The notes under the pieces: generated by a model | Told to the model about the DNA's origin: nothing | What the model saw: only the letters and a program-made list of their open reading frames with translations | The model's database searches: none | Source of the DNA: Chrysomallon squamiferum | Lineage: Eukaryota; Animalia; Mollusca | NCBI GenBank assembly: GCA_012295275.1 | Contig: CM022674.1 | Coordinates: forward strand, 4,464,001 to 4,528,000 | Length of the DNA: 64,000 bases | Direction: 5' to 3' | Translations under genes and position numbers: made by a program | In this document: piece after piece, positions 51,272 to 64,000 of the stretch | Position numbering within the stretch: position 1 is the stretch's first letter | Layout of the letters: every line of letters begins with the position of its first letter

Positions 51272-52383
51272 CAAACAAACAAAGAAGGAGAGGACATTGT
51301 TAGACATACTGTTAGATTCTCCCAACAGTCAGTCCCTATCATACGATATCAAAATATCCATCTGATATCATACAGTCTAAATATCAGACACACATCGATA
51401 ACTCACAGTACCTGATTAAAAGTCATCACATCACAACAGCTGACAAAAATCACAAAGTATCAGTAGTTTAAAGACGTCTTCAGACTTTTTTTTTATATCT
51501 GACAGACCTCATCAGCAACTGACAACAGACATGTTCTAATCTAAACACGTCACAGATGTCATTAAGTTCTACTAGTCAACAAACATTATATTTTTCTATA
51601 GCTAATAGATAAACATGTTTTAACAAGCTAAAACGAGATGACAAAGATAAATAACTGAGAGACATCAGAAAGCTAACATAAAATCGAATATCAGTAGTAA
51701 AAAAAACACCGTCAAATTTCTTTAGAGAAAACTGTTAAAAGATAAAATAAGGCTCAGTACAGTTTAGATATAATCCCAAGCAACTGACAAAGGTAACTAA
51801 ACGTGATTAGAATAAGCTATGTTTTCTTTAATAAGCACACTGTGAACCAGTAGCTACAGTGGTGTCAATTTTACTTTAGCAATGCATGAAGACTGGCACT
51901 GTCAGAAATTCTAATCATTGCTGTCAACTCTCTTTTAAGATCGTAAAGAGACAATTATTTCTTCTTCTCCTGTAAAAGATAAATTTGCCTGTGCCATATG
52001 CAATAATTTAACGTATATTTTTAATACTAACTAACCCTTTGGTTCAGTCTATCTATGAACGAATGTAATATGTATGTATGTATGAACGAACGAATGTATA
52101 GTGTGTGTGTACTCTAACAATAACTGCATATGAAAATCTTTCACAGATGTCAAAATGTATGGAGCTAGTATACCAGCTGGTGGCAACCAAACATTAACTA
52201 ACTGTGGAGTGATAAGTTACAGAATCATTACAGACAGGCCAAACGATAGAGAAACTTTATCGATAAAGTTTCAAGTGGATATGGATGAGAGATCCTCTCG
52301 TAAGTAATTTCGTTTCCTGATTAACAAAAAAAAAAGAAGAAAAGTCTAGATATTATTGTTTTACTTGCTATAGTAACAATAAC

Positions 52384-52426
<43 letters not shown>

Positions 52427-52455
52427 GTAATAATAATAATAACAATAATAATAAC

Positions 52456-52490
<35 letters not shown>

Positions 52491-53450
52491 TAATAATAAT
52501 AACAATAATAATAATAATACTTTTCTTTTCTTCTTCTTCTTCTTATTATTATTATTTTCATAATTTTAGTGATAGTGACAATGATGACGCTAATGACTTA
52601 GTAGTATTGTTACTTTTAGGAGAGTTGGTACTGCTATTACTTATATTAATAAAAATGATAATCAGAAAAAACGATAAAACAAACGGGTAATGTTTTTTTT
52701 TTTATTTTTTTATTAAAGCTACGGTGTGCATAATTAAAGAATTTAAATCTTGCTCGAACGTAGGCGAAACAAGACACGACATAAAATGTACTCTTTTTCG
52801 TTGTACTGAGCTAGGAGAGTTTAAGTATTTTAGACAAGGTAACAATAATTATTGTACTAATTGTTTTCAAATATATTTTAGATGCCGTAAAATACACACC
52901 GGGAGTTTGAGAGATAGCATATAAGTACTCTGTATAAGATTATATCGAGTGTTGATAGGTTTCTGTTCCATACTGCTTCACCAACCACCAATTGACAAGT
53001 CGCATGATTGTGTTAACTAAGACCATTATAAAATTATCATGGCGTACGTTTCAAAATAACCACAAGATTAATGGTAGAGAAGTAGGAACTATGTGACTAT
53101 TTTATCCTTTTCTCCGGAGTTACGAGACATTCTAAAACACAATGTATTTTTCGAACTTTCTCCTCAAAATTAAAAAAATCTTGCTTATACGCCAACACAT
53201 AGCCTAAGATTAGAACCAACGACGATCAAGATAAAACCATTTCTGTGGTGGACAACAAATGCAGCATTTTCTTATCATTTTTATATAAAGATGAGAGTAC
53301 TCTTTCTGAAGAACTGTTAACCCGCACATTTTAAATTGTTCCTTGTATTCATTATTTTCTTGGTGATTATGAATTACATTTAGACAGTATAAATAATCAT
53401 ATGACGTGTTTTATCTTTTTTATTTCTCTTATTTTATTGATTTCAGATTG
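48890..53450. repeat. Older inverted duplicate of the D block (about 30050-33750)
   Basis: Reverse-complement similarity in upstream DNA (48930-49500 versus 33080-33720) and introns (51450-52150 versus 31030-31830; 53190-53390 versus 30080-30290). Confidence 0.85.
49860..49977 (-). pseudogene. Orphan dead copy of exon 5 of F
   Basis: CKMGDNCKEPVYRKKSSCLWWGEKCVC*DNG; acceptor CAG mutated to CAT; CAA mutated to TAA. Confidence 0.8.
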
Positions 53451-53565
53451 CGAAGACTTGGGGAAGTGTTACCTTCAAAAAACGACATTTATTTATGTGG
53501 TTGTAAATGCTCGTCTTAGGTGTCATTGTGGAACCGACGCTAAAATTAAATGTGATAGGACGTGA
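50542..53565 (+). CDS. Cys-rich modular protein copy D' (208 aa, 12 Cys), intact
   Basis: Exons 50542-50623, 51035-51187, 52147-52299, 52719-52838, 53447-53565. MSAIALLPLMMSSFQTVQSYTIIQNAMASKAYWDNDTHKCVTEWGNFSAGRVVHVYKFHGKAYLICKYGELRFDMNSSYVKMYGASIPAGGNQTLTNCGVISYRIITDRPNDRETLSIKFQVDMDERSSPTVCIIKEFKSCSNVGETRHDIKCTLFRCTELGEFKYFRQDCEDLGKCYLQKTTFIYVVVNARLRCHCGTDAKIKCDRT. Confidence 0.88.
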
Positions 53566-54865
53566 TGTTTGTTGTGTCGAAATACATATCCGTAAAACAA
53601 AATATTTGATTAATGAATATATTGTAATACATTATGTTGAGCTGTTGTATAATTGTGTTTACCTGTAGAAAGAAAAGATAATATGTGATATTCCATTTTT
53701 AATAAACATACACAGAGACAGAAGTCACAGAAACAGATAAGCACACACTCGCACATATGGATACACAAACTAGCACTTCAATTTATCTTGTGTATATATA
53801 TATATATACTCTAGTTATATACTCTAGTTACTGGTATCAACAGTTGTAAATATCCTACAATTTTCCACATATTAATATGTATCATACTCGAGAAAAGAAG
53901 ACAGTAAATCAGGGAAAATAAGAAATCAAGTAACTGTCGATTTTTAGGTTGATTAAAGATGTGGTAAATTTTAGCAGTTATAAGGGCAGTTCCAAGACTC
54001 ACAGGACTCTAGAGGGAAAAGTAAATTTTCGTTATTTCATTAAACAAAGATCGAAAATCTATTCACTGAACTGACAATTGTACATGGGAACTACTATGAT
54101 CACTTTAATTATTTTCGAGCAGTGACCATAAATGCAGCTTTTTCGAAATGAATCCATATTTGCTTCCATAAATAAATTCATAGTCAGATGATTAGATGCA
54201 GGTAGAATCAATCGATGGATCTTCTAACAAGTAAGTAGATGGATCCAGTATGCAACAGTTACGCCTATGGATCTAGAAATGCGACAGTTAATCAGATGGA
54301 CTTACTGTCAGATTCAGCAGTTGGACATAGTGAAATAAATCAGCAAAGTAAAAAAGTAAAGTTTTCCAGACTGTTTCTAAGAGGATCTATTTCACTGATG
54401 CACTTTCAATACAATGCCAAGATGTAAGAATTTTCAAATTATTTCATTACAGTTACTAATACAGATTGCTTGATTTCTGAGTTAGTTATTAAGAAGCCAT
54501 TTTGAAAACAATTTCCTGATAAAAAAAATAATAATAAATAAATAAATAAATAAATAAATATTAAAACCAAACAAACAAGTAAATAAACTGCTCTAACTTA
54601 TATTTGGATTAATTAATTGTATTAAAATTACGCGTAATATTTTATTCATTAATGTAAATTAAAAATACTCTTTGTATCTCGTATATATAATACACCATTT
54701 AACACACACATTTTCAAAGAGTGGTTTCCTGTAAGGTTTTCCCCTGTGTTTGTTTGATGATTTGGTTTCTTGAGTAGAACGTGGCTTGTGCTAGACACGA
54801 GTTTATCCTGCAAATGTGTTCTAGAAATGATTCTATGTTGTCCGTCCATGTTAAGGAAACAGCGA

Positions 54866-54904
<39 letters not shown>

Positions 54905-54992
54905 AATAAAATAAAAAGAGAAACATGGACATGTGTTTCTCTACTATCTCTGTGTATGTATCTAAACATCCATCCATCCATCTATATATATA

Positions 54993-55027
<35 letters not shown>

Positions 55028-55958
55028 CTAAGAAATGTGTATGAAAGATCAACATATTAAAATAACAGCTATAAAATATTAAAAAAGAAATACTAATAAT
55101 TATAATTAAACATTTTAAAATGGTGATATCTGGGTATTTATATTAAAACTGCATCAATGAATTAAATGCTTTTAGAAACAGCTAAGAATATCGTGCCCTT
55201 TTCTTCTTTGTTTTGATGACCTATTTAATTATTTCCACTGGTCCAACTGCTTAATCTTATACAATGTTCATCTACTTGCTTGTTACATGTTCCAGCTATT
55301 TATTAAGCAGATATCGTCAGTTGCATAGCTCTGATTAAGTCTAAGAACAGTTTGAACTTGATGTCATTTTAAAGCTGTAAAAACGTGATGATGTTTATCA
55401 GCTTCTGAAACTTGATGACATTTGTTTCTGTTCAAACGTTAATACTTTCAGATAGTTTTTTTAATTGATTTGTTTTCATTTTATTTATTATTTATTTATT
55501 TATTTATTTATATTCACACGAAACTCGCCTTAAATTGACCGCTTTAAGCTTAAAAGATACGCTTAAGAGTCGGTCAGGGCATATTTTCCCCGTAAAAAAA
55601 GACTTTACGAATGGTTAAACAGAACCACAATTATTTACTTATATCGACATTTAAAGACGTAGTGTTTACTTATCATAATTATTAATATATATCTCTTAGC
55701 ATATGTCGTTGTTTTATATTTTCTCTGTTTTATTAGTAGAACTTTATGGAAATCTGGATCTTGTTCGCCGTCTACAAATTACATATACACGAAAATTACT
55801 ACTCTAATAAGATTATCTAAAGTTAGCACATAGAAAATAAAAAAAAATATCTACCGAACACACCTTCATGGAGATTTGGGTTTCGGTACCGAAACGAAAA
55901 CAAAATTATCTAGCCTGCTCACAGCATTTACATAGAAATAATTCAAGAAAATACTTAC

Positions 55959-56030
55959 AGGATGCGTTAATATTAGGTATAAGGCCATAACGTCCAAACA
56001 TAAGTTGGTAAGAAGTAACAAAGATCGATA
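55959..56030 (-). pseudogene. Truncated 3' half of an exon 2 at the duplication breakpoint
   Basis: ...GRYGLIPNINAS|gtaagtattttcttgaa, compared with E exon 2 ...PDGLIPNTEKS|gtaagtattttcttgaa. Confidence 0.65.
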
Positions 56031-56567
56031 TACACAGGACTCAGATGATAGGCACTGTTGGCGCAGCAGGTATTCAGAAGCCAGTGCAAAACTTAGGATA
56101 TCGCCTTATAAATGAAGTATAGCTCAGATCCTACATTTTCACAGTAAAAAGTGCGGTCATATGACACACGCAGTTCTAGCAGTTAGCGTTGCTATCATTA
56201 TTCAGATTTGCTATGTTACTTAGTATTTTTTTTTACTTCGGATTATATTCAACGCCAGGTTTGTAAAGATATGAAGAACGTGAAGTACACTGTAGTGAGT
56301 ACCAAACTTGAGCTAGCCTTATAAGTGATATATAGAAGTTTAGATAAAAGAAATCCTTCATTTTAAATGAAAACTATAAGATCTGGTAGTACAACGAAAC
56401 GCTATATAATGTGATATATACAGTATTTATCAAATATTTTAAAACGACTGCTAAAGATTATGGTTCTTACCTCGAAATTCCTTCTCAAGACAACGGTAAT
56501 AGCTGCATCCTACATATATATTTTCATATAATTTTATGCAGTAATTAGAGTCTCTAAAATAAATTAA

Positions 56568-56602
<35 letters not shown>

Positions 56603-57000
56603 ACTGTTGTCACGAAAGGTTGAGTGGAGAGGCGGTTGAACAGCAGATAATTCATTTAAAATGAAATCAAAAGAGAACAATTTGAAACAAACAGCTATTG
56701 AATGTAATTATCATATTCAGAATGATGACCCTCATCATCATCACTTTTATAATCATCATGACGATTCCTCTTCTTCTTCTTATTGTTGTTGTTGTTGTTG
56801 TTGTTAATGTTGAATTATTTTCGAAATTTTCTGACATATTTAGTAATAAAAGAAATATGTCTGCACATATGACATGTATTTGAAGGTACACAGAATATTT
56901 ATATATACAGTAGTATTTAAATTACTTTGTCACATCATGTTAAATTTTTTTATTTATTCTGATAATATAAATATATTTTATTTTACAGTACACATTTCAG

Positions 57001-57077
<77 letters not shown>

Positions 57078-57714
57078 AAAATGGTTGCTCTATACTTATA
57101 CTTAACGCAATTACATATATCAGGAATTTGGAACGTCGTTTGCAACATGTTCGAGTCTATTCTAATCAGAGCCTAATCAGATCTATATCAGAGAACAGAC
57201 TAAATATTCACAAACATACGTGTCAGTTAGTGACTGGACTTTGTTGTCCGTCTTGGGACCATCCAATATTCGTTCCTAAATATGCGTGGGTTTACATTTT
57301 ACTGACGTCACAAACTAATTTAAATGCTACAATATCTAAATGTATTTCGTCTATCTTCAGTTTTATATCGTGTGTGAATTCATTGTCAAATATGTTTGGA
57401 TTTTTCAGAGCATTATCAAACGTATTTATGAAAACAGAATAAACAGAAACACACATTTCGGTTACATCAAAAAAATCATTTAAATATTTCAATTTGCTAT
57501 TTCTGTCGGATATGCATATCGTTCGTGTAAACATATTGTCAAACATTTGATTCTCTTTGCAGTATATTTTTAAATGTTTAATACATACATGGTGCTTTTC
57601 GGAAAACATCTGGCACATCACATGTTTATAGTAAGTTTTATCTTTACATATTTATTTACTTACTTTTACTAAGTGATTTTATCACTTTAATTATACTTAT
57701 TATTATTATTATAC

Positions 57715-57806
<92 letters not shown>

Positions 57807-58385
57807 TATTTGTTACTCGTTACCACTGCTGTAGATATATGTAGTTTCTAAACTAGTATTACAGATCTACTTGTTATATGTTTCCACTAATATTAACATA
57901 TTTACTTGTTACAGTTTAAATTAGTATTAACGTATTTACTTGTAGCATGTTTATATAACCATTAACACACTTACTTGTTATTTGTTTCTACTAATACTGA
58001 CGTATTTACTTTTTACGTGTTTCTACTGGTATTAACATGTTTACTTGTTACATGTTCTCATTCAATTATTTGTCATTCTGTTTTTGTTGTTAATAATTTA
58101 CAATATTAACATATGTTATTGTTAGATATTTCTATTATTAACATATTTACCTGCTACATTGTTTTACTAGTAGAAACATTTTTATGCAACATGATATTTT
58201 ATGAATCATACATTTTCTTGTTATCTGACAGTGACGTCACTATCCGAGTATTCGTAGTATATTTACCGTGGTTGCTATGGTTATTGTCGTCTCTGAATTT
58301 ATTATGTTTACTGTGTACTATTCGATTTCCTGAGCTGGTCGTTATTATTTATCTTTTCGATTAATGATTTTTTAAAGAATTCAAG

Positions 58386-58646
58386 ATGTATGCCTTGACT
58401 TTACTGCTAGTCATAACGTCATCATTTCAACCAGTACAGGCAACTGTAATAGCCCAGAAACTAGAAGGTCAGTCTTCGTGTTTTTGTGTCAGCGATGATT
58501 TTTATTCTCAATATTATTTTACTGTTGTTGAATATATATTCACAGATATAATAATAATAATAATAACAATAATAATAATAATAATCATAATCATAATAAT
58601 AACAGTGATGATCATGATGATGATAATCATTATAATAATAATAATG

Positions 58647-58714
<68 letters not shown>

Positions 58715-59633
58715 TCAGTAGTAGTAGTGATAGCAGCAGCAGCTGATGTTCCAGTAGTAGTAGTAGCAGTAGAAGTGGCAGTACTATATTTTCACTGTTT
58801 ATGATGAGATGATGATAATGATGCTGATGATGATAATCTTAATGAGAATAGCAACGGCAACAAAAGCAGTAAAAATAACAAGAACATACATAGATACATA
58901 CATATATATATATATATACACACACATATATATTCATACATACATCAAATCTGCACACCGACATACATACATACTTATACATATACATATGCAGACAAAC
59001 ACATATACAGTGCGACACACATACACACTACACATATGCATACAAAGGGTGACAGAGAAACAGTCAGAAACGTACATCTATATATCTATATGTTTTAGTT
59101 GTTAAAGCCGTTTTCGATAATCGTTCCCGTCGTTGTCACACACAGTTTGGAACGTTTTCTGTCGGTGAATTCATCCACTCATTCGATTTTTGGGGGGTAA
59201 CGTGGATTGTGTGCGGAAACAATGGTGTCAAGACAGATACGACTAAATCCTGTAAGTGCCATCATAGAGATATTTGACGTTTGATAAGAAAAAGAAAGAA
59301 AGAAAGAAGAAAGAAAGAAAGAAAGAAAGGTTTTTAAATAAACGAGAAAAACAAAATCAACAACAACGAATTAGTGAATGATTTTCAGAAAGAAAGAAAC
59401 AAGAAAGAAGGAAGGAAAGAAAGAAGGAAGGAAAAACAAAATATCAAAGTTCAGCAGGTGATAGACATTATCTGGTTACAACATGACAAACATCATCAAG
59501 TCCAAACAGCTATATATGACGTCATTAAGTCTAAATATATGACGTCATAAAGTCTAAAATATGTGACGTCATTAAGTCTAAATATATGACGTCATAAAGT
59601 CTAAACATATCACACACATCATCAAGCTGAAAC

Positions 59634-59726
<93 letters not shown>

Positions 59727-60060
59727 GATATACATATATCTGCTATCCTTTTTCCCTTTCTCTCATTCGTTCCCATTCTTCCTATGTGTTTATACAGGAT
59801 TTTGAGGTTCAGATAAAATAACAGCTAACAAGGTATTCAATCTAACAGCTGTTGCCTATTACAGACGCGTTGCTCTATGGTACACGAATTGCACCCACAG
59901 GGAAACGTACTAGGACTAAATGTGGTGTACTTAGGTACGATGTGATTATAGACGGACCAGATGTTGAGGCAAATCTACGAGTGTTCTTTACTATCGAAAA
60001 AATTGTGAGAGGGTCTCGTAAGTAATGTTAGCAACAACAGCAACAATAACAACAACAACA

Positions 60061-60096
<36 letters not shown>

Positions 60097-60790
60097 TTGT
60101 TTATTATGATGATTATGTCGACAATAATGAATATGGTGCTAATAAAACTGATAATTATTCATACAAAACAATATTGTGTTAGTAATGATGATGATGATGG
60201 ACATAATGTTGTGATAATCACATATTCAGTAGCTGTTTGTTTCTATTTTGATTCTATTCAAAATGACTTAATTGCTACTTCTTTTAGTATTGTACAATCC
60301 ATTTTATATATTTATTTATTTGTTCGTTCGTTGTTTTGTTTTTTTTGTTTGTTTTTTGTTTGTTTTTATTTATTCATTTATTTATTTATATACTGACTTA
60401 GTTACTTAATTATATATCTATCTGTTTTCCTGATTATTTATATACTTACTTACCTAAATACCTTTTTTTATTTCTTCTTCTTCTTTTTTTTTTTTTTTTT
60501 TGTTTTTTAGCTCTAAGCTGTGAAATTACGATCTTTAAGAGTTGTGCGAAAATACGTGAAATTGTGTCTATAGATTGTCGTCAAAGACGCTGTTCTGAGA
60601 CAGGTTATCTTGTGAAAATATACGATGGTACGAACCATTGTTAACAATAATACTAAGTAGCATTGCCAAAGGTAAATTCCATTAAGCCATTAAAACTTGA
60701 ACAACTGTAAGAACTACAACAACATATAATGACGGATATATATATATTATTACCTCTATTATTATCATCATTATCATCATCATCATCATC

Positions 60791-60824
<34 letters not shown>

Positions 60825-61317
60825 GTAGTAGTAGTAGTAGTAGTAGTAAAGCTAGTATTTAAGCTATACTCTCTTTATGAAACTACCCCCAGTTTTGCAC
60901 ATTTTTCTGAACCTTTGCTGCGCCAACAGCTCTTCAGAAACGACCCATTAACCAGTGGAATCGCGTTTGAAAAAATTAGTCACCAGTGCAGACTCCATTG
61001 TTTTTTATTTTTCAAAATTATGCTTGAATATTTGAACACAAACGGCTGGTACAGAAGCAGAAGCGATTTGAGTATTTTGTGATGTTCTCCGTCGCTTTTC
61101 GGGCACTGAGTTTCACAGGAGGTCAAAAAGTTCAGGTTTGAAATTTCGCTTGTTAGACGACTCAAAGTTTTGAATAGGATGTTGTTACAACGTTCACTTT
61201 ACATCATATCCGCCAGCATGTGCAGTACGTTCTAACAACTGTGACAACAAAATCACTTCCAACGTAACTGTCTATCTGACACCAAAATGTATGGAATATT
61301 TTGTCCAAAATCGTCAG

Positions 61318-61360
<43 letters not shown>

Positions 61361-61553
61361 TTTATACCTGACGATTTAGTGTGAAATATTATTATCTATT
61401 TTTTATTCTTATTTATTCTTATTTTTGTTTTCGTTTATTTTAGGCTGTTATCACAATGGGTGTAGAAAACCGGGATATTATTACAACAGCGGCTGGTTTT
61501 GGTGGGAACGTAAATGCACATGTGTTGACGGAAAAGGTTTCCAATGTGCGTAG
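58386..61553 (+). CDS. Cys-rich modular protein copy B'; +1 A near end of exon 3 (assembly error, pseudogene, or rescued by an alternative acceptor)
   Basis: Exons 58386-58467, 59099-59251, 59865-60018 (154 nt; A7 where B has A6), 60511-60627 (alternative AAG acceptor gives start 60518), 61444-61553 (GCYHNGCRKPGYYYNSGWFWWERKCTCVDGKGFQCA). 5'UTR donor at 57631. Confidence 0.75.
59517..59594. repeat. CRE-bearing 23-24 bp minisatellite
   Basis: Perfect TGACGTCA at 59517, 59540, 59564 and 59587. Confidence 0.85.
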
Positions 61554-61626
61554 TCACAGTGAATATTTTGTAGAGAAACACACGCTGGTTAAAAATAAAA
61601 TTTCATTGAAAACTGTTTTCTTTGTT

Positions 61627-61658
<32 letters not shown>

Positions 61659-62289
61659 TTTTTTTTTTCTTTTTGTTACCCTAGGGAAAAGTTGCAATAA
61701 ATTGTGTCTAGAAATATAAAGGCGTTTGTTACATGATGCTGCGTTATTTCGAAACACACACACACACACATACGCACAAATTATATTGACAGAAACAAAG
61801 AGGAAACCAAATATTTGTTGTAAACTTGGCTGTGTCCATGATACAAGCGTTTATCTGTAACAGCGACTATTATTTAACCTTCCAAGTAACTGTAATTTTA
61901 TTCTGGAAGTAACCATAAAGATATTTGGGGTTAGTCGTACCAACATTTCGAGATACCCATGAGAATCAAGTTGATGAACTGAGCGAGAATTAAGTAGTGA
62001 ACAAAGGGAAGAAGACATTATATGATTTATTGTGGAGCAAATGTTAGAAAATAGTGACAAGCAAGTATTTATCATAGTGACAAGAATCTAGATGTATCTA
62101 GATATATTCAACAAACTGAACGTAGCGACAAGCAAGTTTTCTAACCTAGTGACATACATTTAGTTGAAGTAGTGACAGGACACTATTTAAAGCTATTGAG
62201 AAGAAAGTGATTAAACAGAGAATCATGCAAGCCACTGAACCTGGCAGCAGGCTAGTAGCTATAACTAGTATCAAGATAGTAATGTGGAG

Positions 62290-62840
62290 TTAGTAGCTTA
62301 TCCTAGTGTCAGGTTAGCAGCTTATCCTAATGTCAGGTTAGTAGCTTATCCTAGTGTCAGGTTAGCAGTTTATCCTAGTGTCAGGTTAGCAGCTTATCCT
62401 AGTGTCAGGTTAGCAGCTTATCCTAGTGTCAGGTTAGCAGCTTATCCTAGTGTCAGGTTAGTAGCGTATCGTAGAAGCCTTACATAGATGAAACTTGAAA
62501 ACAGAAGTACTTTTGATTTACTAATCAGCGAGCAAGCTAATTTCAATCTAGTAACTGCACGTAGTGTTAGGCTAGTAATCGAACCTAGTGCCAGGCTAGT
62601 AATTGAAGCTAGTGTCAAGTTAGTAACTGAACGTAGTGTCAGGCCAGTACCTCAAACTAGTGTCATGCTAGTAACTAAAGCCAGTGTAAAGTTAGTAAGT
62701 GAACCTAGTGTCAGGCTTTTAACTGAACCTAGTATGGGGCTAGTTGCTGAACCGAGTGTCGAGCTACTAACTCAAATTAGTGCTAGGCTAACTGCTGAAC
62801 CTTTGTGTCAAACAAGTAGCTGAGCCTAGTGTCAGGCTAG
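62290..62840. repeat. 24-bp minisatellite (tagcagcttatcctagtgtcaggt)
   Basis: About 7 near-perfect units, then degenerate units. Explains ORFs 62284..62487 and 62488..62823. Short copy at 15715-15770. Confidence 0.9.
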
Positions 62841-63462
62841 TAGGTGAATCTTCGATCTAAAAGGTTAACAGCTTAAACTATTCAATCTAAAAGCAAACAT
62901 TTGTTGAACTACTAACAACACCACAGGGAATATAGAGTCAAGTAGACTACCCTAATAAGAGCAATCTAACAGAACCTAGTCTCTCAACCTTTACACAGAA
63001 ATTATCTGATGCTAGTGACAAGCAGGTATTAGGCAGTACTGACATTTTATCTACTTCATATGTCAGCCGTTTTCCAGTCGACAATACAGATTAAATGTGC
63101 CAGTGTGTGTCTGTGTGCGTGTCTGTGTGCGTGTCTGTGTGCGTGTGTATTTGTGTGTATGTGCGTACGTGTGTCTTGGCTTGTTTTAATGAAAATGTCA
63201 GTTCATTTCAGATGGGTGTAATTTAGTTACAGAATTTTATTGTCAAAACTGTGACGTTACCATTTTTAAATTTTAATTTTGTTTTTCCTTCAGTCTTGTT
63301 TTTTTTTTTTCTTTCTTTCTTTCTTTAATTGTTATATATATATATATACTTTTACTTACCTATTTATTTTATTTTATTTAAAAAAAAAAAATTATTATTT
63401 GAAGTAATTGCTTAGATTATAGAAAATAGAAGATTAATTTTAACTGTTGATACTGCCAAGTC

Positions 63463-63517
<55 letters not shown>

Positions 63518-63745
63518 TATATTGAAGTGCTAGTTGGTGTATTCGTGTGTTTCAGTGTGGATATCTGCTTCAGTAATTTATGTGTCTGTGTATGCTTATT
63601 AAAAATGGAATACTACATATTATCCTTATCTTTCTACAGGTAAAACTCAATATTCCGTAAAGCAACATAAAGTAACACAACATATTCATTAACTGAACTT
63701 TTTTTTTTTTTTCTGACCGATACTTATTTCTATACATTACATCGT

Positions 63746-63855
63746 CTAACATTTCCGTTTTCCACCGCGTACGCAAATACAATCCGTTCTCCACCACCAC
63801 CAGCCGTATATAAGTATTTCGTTTGGTTTGTAGCATCTGCCCTTGATTTTGCAAC
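63746..63855 (-). CDS. Last coding exon of another family member G; upstream exons lie beyond the window
   Basis: Acceptor TTTCAG at 63856; GCKIKGRCYKPNEILIYGWWWWRTDCICVRGGKRKC*. Flanks resemble D exon 5 flanks. Confidence 0.8.
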
Positions 63856-64000
63856 CTGAAATCGATGAAAAAAACAAAAAAATAATAAAAGATAATTAAA
63901 AAAAAAAGAGAAAAAAGATACTACCACTTCAGGTTGTTTGTTTGTAATGTATCGGTGTAATTTATAACAGCCAAGAAAATAACGAATACAAGAAACAATT

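Larger units (their letters stand above)
56055..62540. repeat. Right arm of inverted segmental duplication (partner 15640-22500)
   Basis: See left arm. Lacks the 20.6-21.6 kb segment; has extra DNA at 59257-59515 and 62070-62290. Confidence 0.92.

Noticed and set aside
53850-54500. Possible transposase relic (also 20740-21110, 54700-54860 and 2420-2690)
   Set aside because: Higher-complexity DNA, but no recognisable motif or sustained frame. Needs BLASTX.
62284-62823. LAAYPSVR-repeat ORFs (also 41827..42009)
   Set aside because: A 24-bp minisatellite that is open by chance. Copies occur in both orientations with no splice or start context.

Overview
Eukaryotic, very AT-rich and microsatellite-dense DNA, most likely a mollusc (gastropod-like; this is an inference). 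Nearly all ORFs in the supplied track are microsatellite artefacts or single exons read through into introns. Splicing by hand with GT-AG sites and phase checks shows the window is dominated by a cluster of one family of secreted, Cys-rich proteins of about 208 aa that I do not recognise. Each gene has a signal-peptide exon of 82-85 nt and four module exons of about 153, 153, 117-120 and 110-122 nt, all separated by phase-1 introns. Five copies have fully open 5-exon ORFs (A, D, E, F, D'). Two near-identical inverted copies each carry a +1 nt in exon 3 (B, B'). One copy is a minimised 2-exon gene (C), one runs off the right edge (G), and there are several orphan or decayed exons. The cluster is organised by nested inverted duplications. 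At the left end is a head-to-head inverted pair of a different small secreted-peptide gene, apparently built from phase-2 micro-exons, with a fast-diverging mature region. Also present: L1/Tx1-type and I/Nimb-type LINE relics, several minisatellites, a decayed Gly/Met-rich exon, and conserved TGACGTCA (CRE) motifs. All gene models are manual and lack transcript support.
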